Assembly: GCA_965366625.1 (NCBI GenBank)
Contig: CBDUGP010000002.1
Location: 153,561 to 217,560 of the forward strand
Reading direction: 5' to 3'
Length of the DNA stretch: 64,000 bases
Source of the DNA: an uncultured bacterium
GTDB taxonomy: Bacteria > Acidobacteriota > Thermoanaerobaculia > Multivoradales > J023
Of the stretch, positions 42,272-51,422 are shown piece by piece. The notes below the pieces were generated by a model. The model saw only the letters and a list, made by a program, of their open reading frames with translations. It did not search any database and was not told the DNA's origin. Both the position numbers and the translations under genes were made by a program. Every line of letters starts with the position of its first letter. The stretch's first letter is position 1.

Positions 42272-44478
42272 GAGCCGCCCATCCAGCCGGCCAGGGTGTT
42301 GCGGGCGAGCTGTTGTTGTTGCGGATTTAGATCCCCGGATTCAAGAGCCCGGCTCAGGGCGGCGATCGCGTCTTGTCGTTTGCCGTTGCGATCGAGTACG
42401 AGGGCGTAGCTGAGTTCGAAGAATCCGTTTCGCTCCTGGCTTAGGCCTAGGGCAAATAGATGCTCGGCTTGTCCGGTATCGCCCTTCTGCATGTACAACA
42501 TGGCGGCTTTGAATAGACCCTCGGGCCGGTCGTCGTAGAGGCCGCGGTCGACGAGATCCTGGAGGACGATCAAGGAGTTTTCGAGGTCCCGGCGATGGGC
42601 GAAGAAGTCGACCATCCGTTCGGCCAAGGCCAGATTGTCGGGCTCTAATCGACGCGCGCGGCCATAGGCCTGGGCCGCCCCATCCGGATCGGATGCTTCG
42701 AGGCTTCTGGCGAGCAGAATCCAGGCTTGAGACAGCTCGGGATATTGCTCCGTGAGCTGTCGGCTCACCGCCGCCGCCCGATCCATCTTCTTCTTGTCGA
42801 TGAGATATTTCGCCAGCTCGTAGCGTAGGGGATAAACGCCCGGCAGGGCCTCTCCCCCTCGGACCAAGGCAGAAATCGCTTGGTCGGTCCGATTTCGCTC
42901 GACCGCAATTCGGTGCTCAAAGAGAAAGAAGGTCGGCAGAATTTGGTCCGCGTATTTCTGGCGCAGGGTGATCAACTCCCGTTCGGCGTCGTCGGTTCGG
43001 CCTTGGGTGATCAAAGCTTCGATTTCTCGTAGCCGGGCGTCGAGCACCAGGCCGTCTTTGGGATCCAAGGGAGCCCCCTTGCCGCGCCCGCCGCTCGACA
43101 AGTACCCCAGGCTCTCCAACTTTTGGGCGTCCTCGTCGGTCAGCTGCCGGCGATCCCCGGAATCGGCCGGACCCGAAGATCCGAGCAGGAGATCGCGCAG
43201 CTCTTGGTCTAGACGGTGGTACGTGCGGCGCTCGGCAGAGACCAGATTACGTTGTTCTCGGGGATCACGCTCGATGTCGTAAAGCTCGGGATTGGGAACC
43301 GAGATCAATTTTCGATCCCCGGAGTAGAGCCCTGTGAGCGGAGCCCAATTTCGGTCTTCTTGACCCAATAACGTTTCGAAGTAGATTTGGCGCGGTGCTG
43401 GTTCGGCAACCCCGTCCAGCAAAGGGGCGAAACTCGTACCGTCCATGGGCTCCAAACCGTCCACGGACTGTTCCACGCCCAGAAGCTCCAGCAACGTGGG
43501 TTTCAAATCCACCAAACCGATCCGCGAACTCACTACCCGACCCGGCTCGATGCCCGGACCGCTCAGGATCAGCGGCACGTGAAGGGCATGGTGGTAAGCG
43601 GTCAAACCGTGGCCATGTTCGCCATGCTCACCGAAGGCCTCGCCGTGATCGGAGGTCAGCACCACCAAAGTAGAGTCCAAAAGGCCGAGAGAATCCAGAT
43701 CGGAGATCATCTCGCCGATTTGGGCATCCACAAAGGCGACCTCTCCGTCATAGGGCTCGGCGTGTTGAGATCGATAGGGCTCCGGGGGCGAATACGGAAG
43801 ATGGGGATCGTAGAAATGCGCCCAATAAAAAAAGGGCTTTGACCCGGAAGGCTGCTCCTTCAACCAGCGACGCCACTTTGCCAACACCTGATCCGCAGGA
43901 ATCTCGGTGTTGAAAGCCCGTAGGATCTCGTCCTGGGCGAGGGTGTCGTCGTAGGTGTCGAATCCTTGGGCCAAGCCGAATTTTTCCAGCAGCACGAACG
44001 CGCCGAGGGCCGCGCCGGTGGCGAAACCTTGTCGACTCAAACACTCTGCCAGGGTCGTCTCATCGTCGGAAAGCACATAGGTGCCGTTGTTTCGCACTCC
44101 GGTGCGGATCGGCAGACGCCCGGTCATCATGGAGGCGTGGGACGGCAGGGTCATGGGCACATGGCTCAGGGCTCGGTCCATTCGGGTGCCTTGCTGGGCC
44201 AGCCTGTCCATGGCAGGGGTCGCAGCGGGTGCATAGCCGTAGGCTCCGATCCGATCCGCCCTCAGGGTATCGACGGTTATCAAGAGCAAGTGGATCGGGT
44301 CGTTGCCGCCGCGCACCCTCGGTGATTCGCCATCATCCGTGCCTACGTCTGTGCCGATATGGGGGCCGTCCGAGGTTGGAGCCGGGTCCTGTGGGGTGCA
44401 ACCGGCACCCAGAACGGCAAGGCACACGACTGCGAGCAGAAACCGTCGCGTTTTCCCGTTGCCCCGTTCGGTGATCAT
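42268..44478 (-). CDS. Sulfatase-like (alkaline phosphatase superfamily) lipoprotein fused to TPRs, Thr at the nucleophile position
   Basis: GAGC lipobox; DTLRAD, TLPSHASMMTG, DPH.PY, SDHGE and LESLGY motifs; C-terminal TPRs. Confidence 0.9.
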   Translation of the reverse strand: MITERGNGKTRRFLLAVVCLAVLGAGCTPQDPAPTSDGPHIGTDVGTDDGESPRVRGGNDPIHLLLITVDTLRADRIGAYGYAPAATPAMDRLAQQGTRMDRALSHVPMTLPSHASMMTGRLPIRTGVRNNGTYVLSDDETTLAECLSRQGFATGAALGAFVLLEKFGLAQGFDTYDDTLAQDEILRAFNTEIPADQVLAKWRRWLKEQPSGSKPFFYWAHFYDPHLPYSPPEPYRSQHAEPYDGEVAFVDAQIGEMISDLDSLGLLDSTLVVLTSDHGEAFGEHGEHGHGLTAYHHALHVPLILSGPGIEPGRVVSSRIGLVDLKPTLLELLGVEQSVDGLEPMDGTSFAPLLDGVAEPAPRQIYFETLLGQEDRNWAPLTGLYSGDRKLISVPNPELYDIERDPREQRNLVSAERRTYHRLDQELRDLLLGSSGPADSGDRRQLTDEDAQKLESLGYLSSGGRGKGAPLDPKDGLVLDARLREIEALITQGRTDDAERELITLRQKYADQILPTFFLFEHRIAVERNRTDQAISALVRGGEALPGVYPLRYELAKYLIDKKKMDRAAAVSRQLTEQYPELSQAWILLARSLEASDPDGAAQAYGRARRLEPDNLALAERMVDFFAHRRDLENSLIVLQDLVDRGLYDDRPEGLFKAAMLYMQKGDTGQAEHLFALGLSQERNGFFELSYALVLDRNGKRQDAIAALSRALESGDLNPQQQQLARNTLAGWMGGS

Positions 44479-46589
44479 CGGCCTTCTCCGCCAATGGGTG
44501 AGGTGACGATCAAATCGTCTGGCCCACCGGCGCGAAAGGCCTGCCGGTGTTCGTAGAGAGCCAGAAAGCTCTCCAAGCGACTCGCGAGGTCTTCTCGGCC
44601 GGCTCTTTTGGCCTCCTGGATCAAATTCCGTTGAATGATGGATGCTTGCTCGAAATCACCGTTCTCAGCGTGGGCCATGGCTAGGGTCTCGCCCCTTTTC
44701 ATCGACGGTTGGGCATCGAAAGCTTGGTTCGCCCATCGTACGGCCTCGTCCCCGTTTCGAACACCACCGTCTGGACAGGCGGCGAGCAAACGGGCCAAGG
44801 CGTGGCTCCATTCCTGATGACTCTTGCTGTTGCTGTCACTCGTTGAAGCGAGGGCAGCCTTCAAGCTGCGGGCGGCCTCCCGATACCGACCGGCCAGCAA
44901 CAAAGCGGTGACCTCACCGCGGCGTCCGGCCGTGGAGGTGGGATTCTGGGCTAGGACGTCACCGTATACCCGGATCGCGTCATCGAGTCGGCCGAGATGG
45001 CCCAAAACCGCTGCCATTCCCAAGCTTGCAGCGGTCAAATCCGGCTGTAGCTCGAGCGCCCGCGTGTAGTGACCTAGGGCAGAATCGAAGCTTCCTTGAA
45101 CGCTGAGCCGATCGGCGGTCGCTTTGTGTAAGGCGGCTTGGTCCCCGGGCTCGGAGGCGCTTTCCAAGGCCTGGCTCAGCAACGAGCCGGCTTCGGAGCC
45201 ACGACCCATCCGATCGAGCAAGGCTGCCAAGGGCGGTGCCGCCCGGGCGCGACCGGATGGGTGATCGTAGGCGCGTTTGAGATTCACGAGCGCTTCCTCT
45301 TGTCGGCCCAACCGCTCCAAGACGGCTGCCCGTCTTACCCGAACGTCGTGGCTCTCGGGGCTGAGATCCAAAGCCGCGGAATATTCTTTGAGGGCCTCGG
45401 CAAAGAGGCCTTGTCGTGCCAGCAGGTTGCCGAGCTTGGTGCGGGCCGCGGTAAAGGAGGTGTCGAGTTCGCGGGCGCGTCGAAAGTGGGTTTCTGCCTT
45501 GGAGTCTTGGTCCCTGGCGACCCATAGGCCGCCGAGCAAATACCGAAAGCGGGCTTCATGGGCTGGATTGGAGCGCCAATAGTCGTCTTCGACCAGCAGC
45601 TGCTCCATGCGTTCAGGGGCGCCGCCGATGTCGGCCAGTTTGGCGAGGGCGAAACCGAGGTCGGCGACGGGATCGAAGTCGTCCCGGGTCACCCGTGAGC
45701 GCACCACCTCCAACGAGGTCAGGCTCATCAAGCTTCCCAGCTCCGCAACCAACGGATCGTCGAATGACGGCCGTTGATCGCCCCGTAAACGCAAGTGTCG
45801 CTCGGCTTGATCGCGTTTGCCCAAACGCAACAAGGTCTGAGAGAGGGGGTAGTGCACGGCGGTGGCAGCGGGGTCGAGATCCAAAGTCTGCTGGAAGAGC
45901 TGTGCTGCCCGCTCGTTTTCACCACGGGCGGCCGCCACCCGAGCCCTTGCGAAAGCCACTGCGGCTCGGCTGGAAGGTTGCGGGTCCAAACCCTCGACTT
46001 GCGACAGATCAGAGGCCGCCTCATCGACTCGGTCCAGCTCGATCAAAGCATCGATGCGATGCAATCGGGCGGCAAGGTTGCCCGGCTGCAATCGGATCGC
46101 TTCAGTGTAGGCGTCGGCGGCCTCGGCCAATTTGGAATCGTCCTGTCGAGCGACGCCCAAAAAATAAGGCCAGCGAAAACTTGTCGGGTCTGCTCGCTTA
46201 GCGGTTTCGAAGCAATCGGCAGCGGATTCGTAGAGGCCGATGGCCGCCAGATGGGCTCCCAGCTCGCCGAAAGCCTTAGCCACGGCTGCCGGCTCCAGAG
46301 GTTGTCGCTCGAGGGTCGAAGTCGCATGGGCGTGTAGCCGAGCAATGCGGTCGCGGGTCGCGGGCTCCTGTCGTTCGAGTTCCGGCAGGGCTACCGGCAC
46401 TGCCGCGTCGGCGGTGAATGGAGGCGCAGGGCTGTCTTTCTGGCCGCAACCGACCCAAAGGAGAAGAAAAAGGAGAAAAAGAATCACGGCCGAGGAGGCG
46501 GCTCTGAAACCACCCGGTCTGAAACTACCCGGTCTGAAGCCCCGTGGTCCCCGGGTCGGTCGGGACGAGCGTGAAACGAAATCAGTCAT
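44475..46589 (-). CDS. TPR-repeat lipoprotein
   Basis: WVGC lipobox, TPRs, FDDPLVAEL and LARLLAACP motifs; paralogue of the 29334 and 38673 proteins. Confidence 0.87.
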   Translation of the reverse strand: MTDFVSRSSRPTRGPRGFRPGSFRPGGFRAASSAVILFLLFLLLWVGCGQKDSPAPPFTADAAVPVALPELERQEPATRDRIARLHAHATSTLERQPLEPAAVAKAFGELGAHLAAIGLYESAADCFETAKRADPTSFRWPYFLGVARQDDSKLAEAADAYTEAIRLQPGNLAARLHRIDALIELDRVDEAASDLSQVEGLDPQPSSRAAVAFARARVAAARGENERAAQLFQQTLDLDPAATAVHYPLSQTLLRLGKRDQAERHLRLRGDQRPSFDDPLVAELGSLMSLTSLEVVRSRVTRDDFDPVADLGFALAKLADIGGAPERMEQLLVEDDYWRSNPAHEARFRYLLGGLWVARDQDSKAETHFRRARELDTSFTAARTKLGNLLARQGLFAEALKEYSAALDLSPESHDVRVRRAAVLERLGRQEEALVNLKRAYDHPSGRARAAPPLAALLDRMGRGSEAGSLLSQALESASEPGDQAALHKATADRLSVQGSFDSALGHYTRALELQPDLTAASLGMAAVLGHLGRLDDAIRVYGDVLAQNPTSTAGRRGEVTALLLAGRYREAARSLKAALASTSDSNSKSHQEWSHALARLLAACPDGGVRNGDEAVRWANQAFDAQPSMKRGETLAMAHAENGDFEQASIIQRNLIQEAKRAGREDLASRLESFLALYEHRQAFRAGGPDDLIVTSPIGGEGR

Positions 46590-46623
46590 GGTTGGATCTC
46601 GGTGAATGTGGCCGGAACGTATG

Positions 46624-46674
46624 GCTGGATCTGGGATAGGACTGGATTTCGGATAGGACTGAATCTCGAATAGG
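46624..46674. repeat. Three 17-bp tandem repeats upstream of the TPR/sulfatase operon
   Basis: GCTGGATCTGGGATAGG, ACTGGATTTCGGATAGG, ACTGAATCTCGAATAGG. Confidence 0.75.
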
Positions 46675-46903
46675 TGTTGAGAAAGAGGTGTGCGGCGTTA
46701 GCGTTAGGAGAGAGCAGGGCTCCGCGACAGGAACCAACCGCTGCGGTCATTATCCCCACGGGGTCAAAGAGATGCAAAAGTCTGGGACGGAACCCGTGAA
46801 TAGCGGGCTCTTTGGGCGAAGTGGGCTGAGGGATCGTGCTAATATATGCAGTCCGGTTTGTCCGGCCGCGGCCATTAATTGTGCCGCTCGCGGGTTTGTC
46901 CTC

Positions 46904-46935
46904 TGAATACTGCAACCGTTGAATACTGAAACCGT
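46904..46935. repeat. 16-bp tandem duplication upstream of the protease gene
   Basis: TGAATACTGCAACCGT followed by TGAATACTGAAACCGT. Confidence 0.75.
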
Positions 46936-46962
46936 CGACTAGAAGTCGAACCGTCGTCGATT

Positions 46963-48291
46963 ATGCGTTTACGTCTATTGATCGCGTTATTTATGCTGTC
47001 GGTCGCGCCTCTAGCGACGACCGCGCAAAACGTGGAAAAAGATTTACCCAGGCTGTCTTCCGAGGAGCAAATTGCACGGTTGCCCTTGCCCAAGGTGGAT
47101 CTGTTCCGGGAGCTTTTGGCGGACGAAAAACGGGCATCGCGCGGCAGGGTGGCCCACTATGCCGCGGTGATCGAGGTCGACGCCGATCCCTGGCGTTTCG
47201 GTAATTGGGAAGCCGCCGACAACGGTCGCGCACGGTGGCAGCTACGGATCCATTCCCCAGGGGCGCTGTCCCTGAGCCTGGCCTTCACCGACTTTAATTT
47301 GCCTCAAGGGGCTTGGCTGAATATCACGTCGCTCGAGGGTGAGGTGCTCGCCGGTCCCTTCACCGACGCCGACAACGAAGAACACGGGCAATTGTGGACT
47401 CCTCCCCTGACCACCGACGAAGTGCTGCTCTCCGTGGAGCTGCCCATGGGTGTCTTGGACCACTTACGGCTTCTGCTCACTCGGGTGCACCACGGCTATG
47501 CGGGCTTCGGCCAGCCGTCGGCAGCGAAATCGGGATCCTGCCAGCGAGATCTAGTTTGTGCCGACAACGAATCTTGGAATCGGCTGGGTCGCTCAGTGGG
47601 TCTGATCTCGGTTGAGGGTGTCCGCTATTGCACCGGATTTTTGATCAACAACACTGCCCAAGATCAAAAACCCCTCTTCGTCACCGCCGGTCATTGTGGA
47701 ATCGACCAAAAAACGGCCCCTTCGGTAGTGGTCATGTGGGAGCACGCGGTCGACCAATGTGATGCCAGCGCTGAAGCGCCGATGCCGAGTCGCAGCTTCC
47801 AGACAGGCGCCATCCTGAGGGCGTCCCACCGGGCCTCAGACCTGGTTTTGATCGAGCTCGACGACGCTCCGAATACCGAAAGCGGCGCCTATTTCGCCGG
47901 CTGGGATCGCTCTTTCGACGACCCTCTCAGGGCGCTGACGATTCATCATCCCAATACCGATCGCCGACGGATCGCGGTGACCGAATCACCGGTGCAGAGC
48001 ACGGAGCATTTGGGCACGAAAGGCATCGATCGCGGCAATCACATCCGGGTACGGTCCTGGGATTCGGGCACCACCGAGGGCGGGTCGTCGGGCGCTCCCT
48101 TATTCAACGAAGATTTAAGGGTAGTCGGCGCCTTGCACGGTGGCCACGCAGCGTGTGGCAACCAGAAGTCCGATTGGTTCGGACGATTATCCGCGGCCTG
48201 GGACGACGGCAATGCACCCGCTCGCCGATTCAGGGATTGGCTCGATCCTGAAGGCACCGGCGCGGTCGTGTTCGACGGTCTTTCTCCCTGA
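46963..48291 (+). CDS. Secreted lysyl endopeptidase-like S1 serine protease (Achromobacter protease I family)
   Basis: Signal peptide and propeptide; CTGFLINN, TAGHC, SDLVL, HHP, TEGGSSG and DWLDP.GTG motifs. Confidence 0.9.
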   Translation: MRLRLLIALFMLSVAPLATTAQNVEKDLPRLSSEEQIARLPLPKVDLFRELLADEKRASRGRVAHYAAVIEVDADPWRFGNWEAADNGRARWQLRIHSPGALSLSLAFTDFNLPQGAWLNITSLEGEVLAGPFTDADNEEHGQLWTPPLTTDEVLLSVELPMGVLDHLRLLLTRVHHGYAGFGQPSAAKSGSCQRDLVCADNESWNRLGRSVGLISVEGVRYCTGFLINNTAQDQKPLFVTAGHCGIDQKTAPSVVVMWEHAVDQCDASAEAPMPSRSFQTGAILRASHRASDLVLIELDDAPNTESGAYFAGWDRSFDDPLRALTIHHPNTDRRRIAVTESPVQSTEHLGTKGIDRGNHIRVRSWDSGTTEGGSSGAPLFNEDLRVVGALHGGHAACGNQKSDWFGRLSAAWDDGNAPARRFRDWLDPEGTGAVVFDGLSP

Positions 48292-48388
48292 GCCTGTTAA
48301 ACCCCCCTAGGGCCTGTGACTCCCCCTCCACAGGTTTTCATCGATCTGACCCCTGGCCGCGTTGACGGCTCGTATCGAAAGACCACAG

Positions 48389-51336
48389 ATGTTTCGTTCG
48401 GTTTTGTGCTCTATCAGGTGTCGAGGGTTGACGCTGTTTTCGCTCGCGCTTTGGGTTTTGACCCCGCCGGTCTCGGCCCAGCCGCCATCGGCCGAATGGC
48501 GGACCTTGGAGATTCCCGGTTTTCGTTTTCATACCCCCGCAGAATCTGAGCCGTGGACCCGCCACCTGGCGGCGCGCATGGAGAGCATTCAAAGCCGGGT
48601 TGCAGCGGAAGTGGGTTTCTCGCCCACGCAGACTGTGGATGTTCTGGTTGTCGACCCCACGGGTTGGGCCAATGGGGTCGCTTGGCCTATTCTCAATCGG
48701 CCACGGATGGTGCTCTACACCACGCCCCCAGCCACCGACAGCGTGTTGGGTTTTTTCAACGATTGGTCCGAGCTGCTGGCCTTACACGAAACCGTGCATT
48801 TGGCACATCTGCTGCGTCCTTCGCGCAATCCCCGTCTGGAAATTTTGGAAAGACTGGTGCCGGTTGGGCCGTTGCCGAGAAAGGCGCCCAATTGGGTCAT
48901 CGAAGGTTATGCGACCATGCTCGAAGGCCGCCTTACCGGTTGGGGTCGCCCCCACGGAGACTACCGAGCCGCCCTGCTCCGCCGCTGGGCGCAGATGGGA
49001 AGGCTGCCCGCCTATGGTGAGTTGTCAGGAGATTCACGGCGTTGGCTGGGCCGCTCCTTTCCCTATTTGGTGGGCTCCGCGTATTTGGAGTGGTTGGAGA
49101 AACGCACAGGGGAAGGCAGCCTAAGAGCTCTGTGGGCTCGTTTGTCGGCCCGCCGAGAGCGTTCTTTTGAGGACGCGTTTCGAGGTGTATTCGGCGAGAC
49201 TCCGAGCAAGCTCTACCATCGCTTCGTCGCCGAACTCACGTATCGCGCCATGACCCTCGAAGAGAATATTCAAGGTTCTCTCGAAGAGGGTCGGTTGTGG
49301 ATGGATCTCAGTTGGAGGACGGGGGCTCCGGATGTGTCGCCGGACGGAAAGCGATTGGTTGCCGTGGTGCGCCAACGTGGCCGGCCGCCCCGTCTAGTGA
49401 TTTGGTCCACCGAAGACGATGCTGAGTTCGCCGAGCAAACGCGTCAAACCCAGAAAAGAATCTTGGAGCAAGATCCGGAAGATGTGGCCGAAGTGGCGGC
49501 TCTGGTCCTGCCGCGCGAGCCGCTCTATGAACTGGCGGCCTTTCATGGCGCCGGCCCGTTCGAACCGCGATTCTCTGCCGACGGCACAAGCGTGTTGTTC
49601 GTTCGTTTCGGTCCGGGCTCCTCCTCGGCGGTCTTCCCCGGGGCTCAAATCGCCGACCTTTACCAGTGGTGGCCCGAATCTGGACGGGTGGAACGGATCA
49701 CCCGAGACGCCGGCGTGCGGCGGCCGGATCCGTCCGCCGACGGTTCATGGGCAGTGGCAGTGCGCTATCCCCACGGCCTCTCCGAATTGGTGCGTATAGA
49801 ACTCGCAACCGGTCGTGTGGATCCGTTGATCGATCGACGGCCATCGGTCGACGAGGTGATCGATAGTCCCCGAATGTCGCCGGATGACGAACGGCTGCTC
49901 TACTTGAGCCGTCGCCCGAGCGGTTGGAAAATTGTCGTTCGGCATCTGGCATCCGGCACCGAGATCACCTTGCCGGCTCCCCCGCGATCGACGGTGATGC
50001 TGCCGGCTTGGACTCCGGATGGCCGTGTGGTGGCGACCTTGGGCATCGACGGCTTTTTGGACATCCACCGGTTCGAGATCACCTCAGGCGCTCGGCGCCG
50101 GATCACACGTAGCAGCGGGGGCGCGTTGGCACCGGCCCCAAGCCCGGACGGTTCAATATTTTTCTTGGCCCTTGAAGAAGACGGGTTCGATATTCGTCGG
50201 ATTCATTTGAAAGGTCCGGAAGCGGCTTCTCCACCACCGCCCTGGCCCCGCGCCGACTTCGATCTGGCTCGGCTGGCCCCGGCGGTGCGACCAGCGATGC
50301 GGGCGAAACCACAGCCCACAGGCTCCGTCGATCCGCTGGAAACCCCATCTTCTGCCTACGGAATCGGACCGCGCGAGCTATTGCCCTTGGTGGGCGGTGG
50401 CTGGGGTCCCGGCGGCGGCAGGTTTGAATTCGGGTTACGACAAGGTGACCCTGTCGGCCGATTGGAGCTATGGCTATTGGGAGCCATTGCGGATCCTGGA
50501 GCCGGAGCCGAAGGATTCGGCTTGGCGACCCGCTGGCGCGGCCGCCCAGTAGATCTTGCGGCGCGGGTTTTCTCTACCCAGGAGCGCTTTGCCGACCCGG
50601 CGGGTCCGAGGGTCGACCACATGGGTCTGGAGATTTCACTTCGCCACAGCCGCAGGGGACACCTATTCTCCTGGTCGACGGAAGGTGGGTTGTTGTGGGA
50701 CCAATCTGAGCTGAGAACGGACGTTTTGTCCGAAGAGATCTCCCGGTCCGTGCTCTTTGCCCGCGCCGCCGGCCGGTGGCGCCAGTCTTGGGGTGCGTGG
50801 AATGTAGAGGAAACGATCGCAGCTGCGAGTTATTGGGGCAAAACCGCCGGCGACGAGTGGGCTCGCTATCTACATGAAACGAGCCTAAGGTTTGGCCGAG
50901 AGCCAGTGGACGGCCGTCGCTGGCGATTGGGTATGATCTACCGGCGAGGCGGATCCAGCGATCTAACCCACGATGTCGACCGATTCGAGCTGGGCGGGAT
51001 GTCGGGCTCCCTGCTGCCTTTGAGCGTCAGGGCTCGGATCGAGGTTCCGGCTTTACCTTCGGGTTTCGCTCTTGGCGACGAAGTAGAAACCAAAGGTTGG
51101 AAATCGAGATAGGTGACCGACCGCTGAGACTTTTCGGGGAACGCCACCGGGTCTGGAATATGGACGACGACAAGCAGTGGTTACGTCTGACGGGCATCGA
51201 ATGGACCTTCCGTCGAGGACCCCAGCCCCTGCTGCGGTTACCCGGCGTGGAACTCAGCCTCGGCTTGGCCCAAGTGCTCGACGAGCCTTTCGAGGATCAC
51301 ACTGAAGGCTGGATTAATCTTCGTTGGCGGCCCTGA
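48389..51336 (+). pseudogene. HExxH metallopeptidase-like + PD40/TolB propeller + beta-barrel protein, split by a frameshift near 51090
   Basis: HETVH..WVIEG and PD40 repeats (PDVSPDG, PRFSADG, PAWTPDG). The ORF stops at 51112, while the -1 frame continues QRLEIEIG... to WINLRWRP at 51336. Could be a sequencing error. Confidence 0.65.
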
Positions 51337-51422
51337 TCCGCTCTCAAGCGCCGAGCGAAAAACCCGATTGTCCGCTCAAAACGACGTTGCTCTCGGTTTC
51401 GTACTCTGGCCGTAGATAGACT

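Noticed and set aside
46624-46674. Short tandem arrays considered as a CRISPR array
   Set aside because: Units are contiguous 15-18-mers without unique spacers, and no cas genes are present.
48290-48330. GAGCCTGTTAA/TAGGGCCTGT considered as an IS-end remnant
   Set aside because: Too short, with no partner inverted repeat or transposase in the window.
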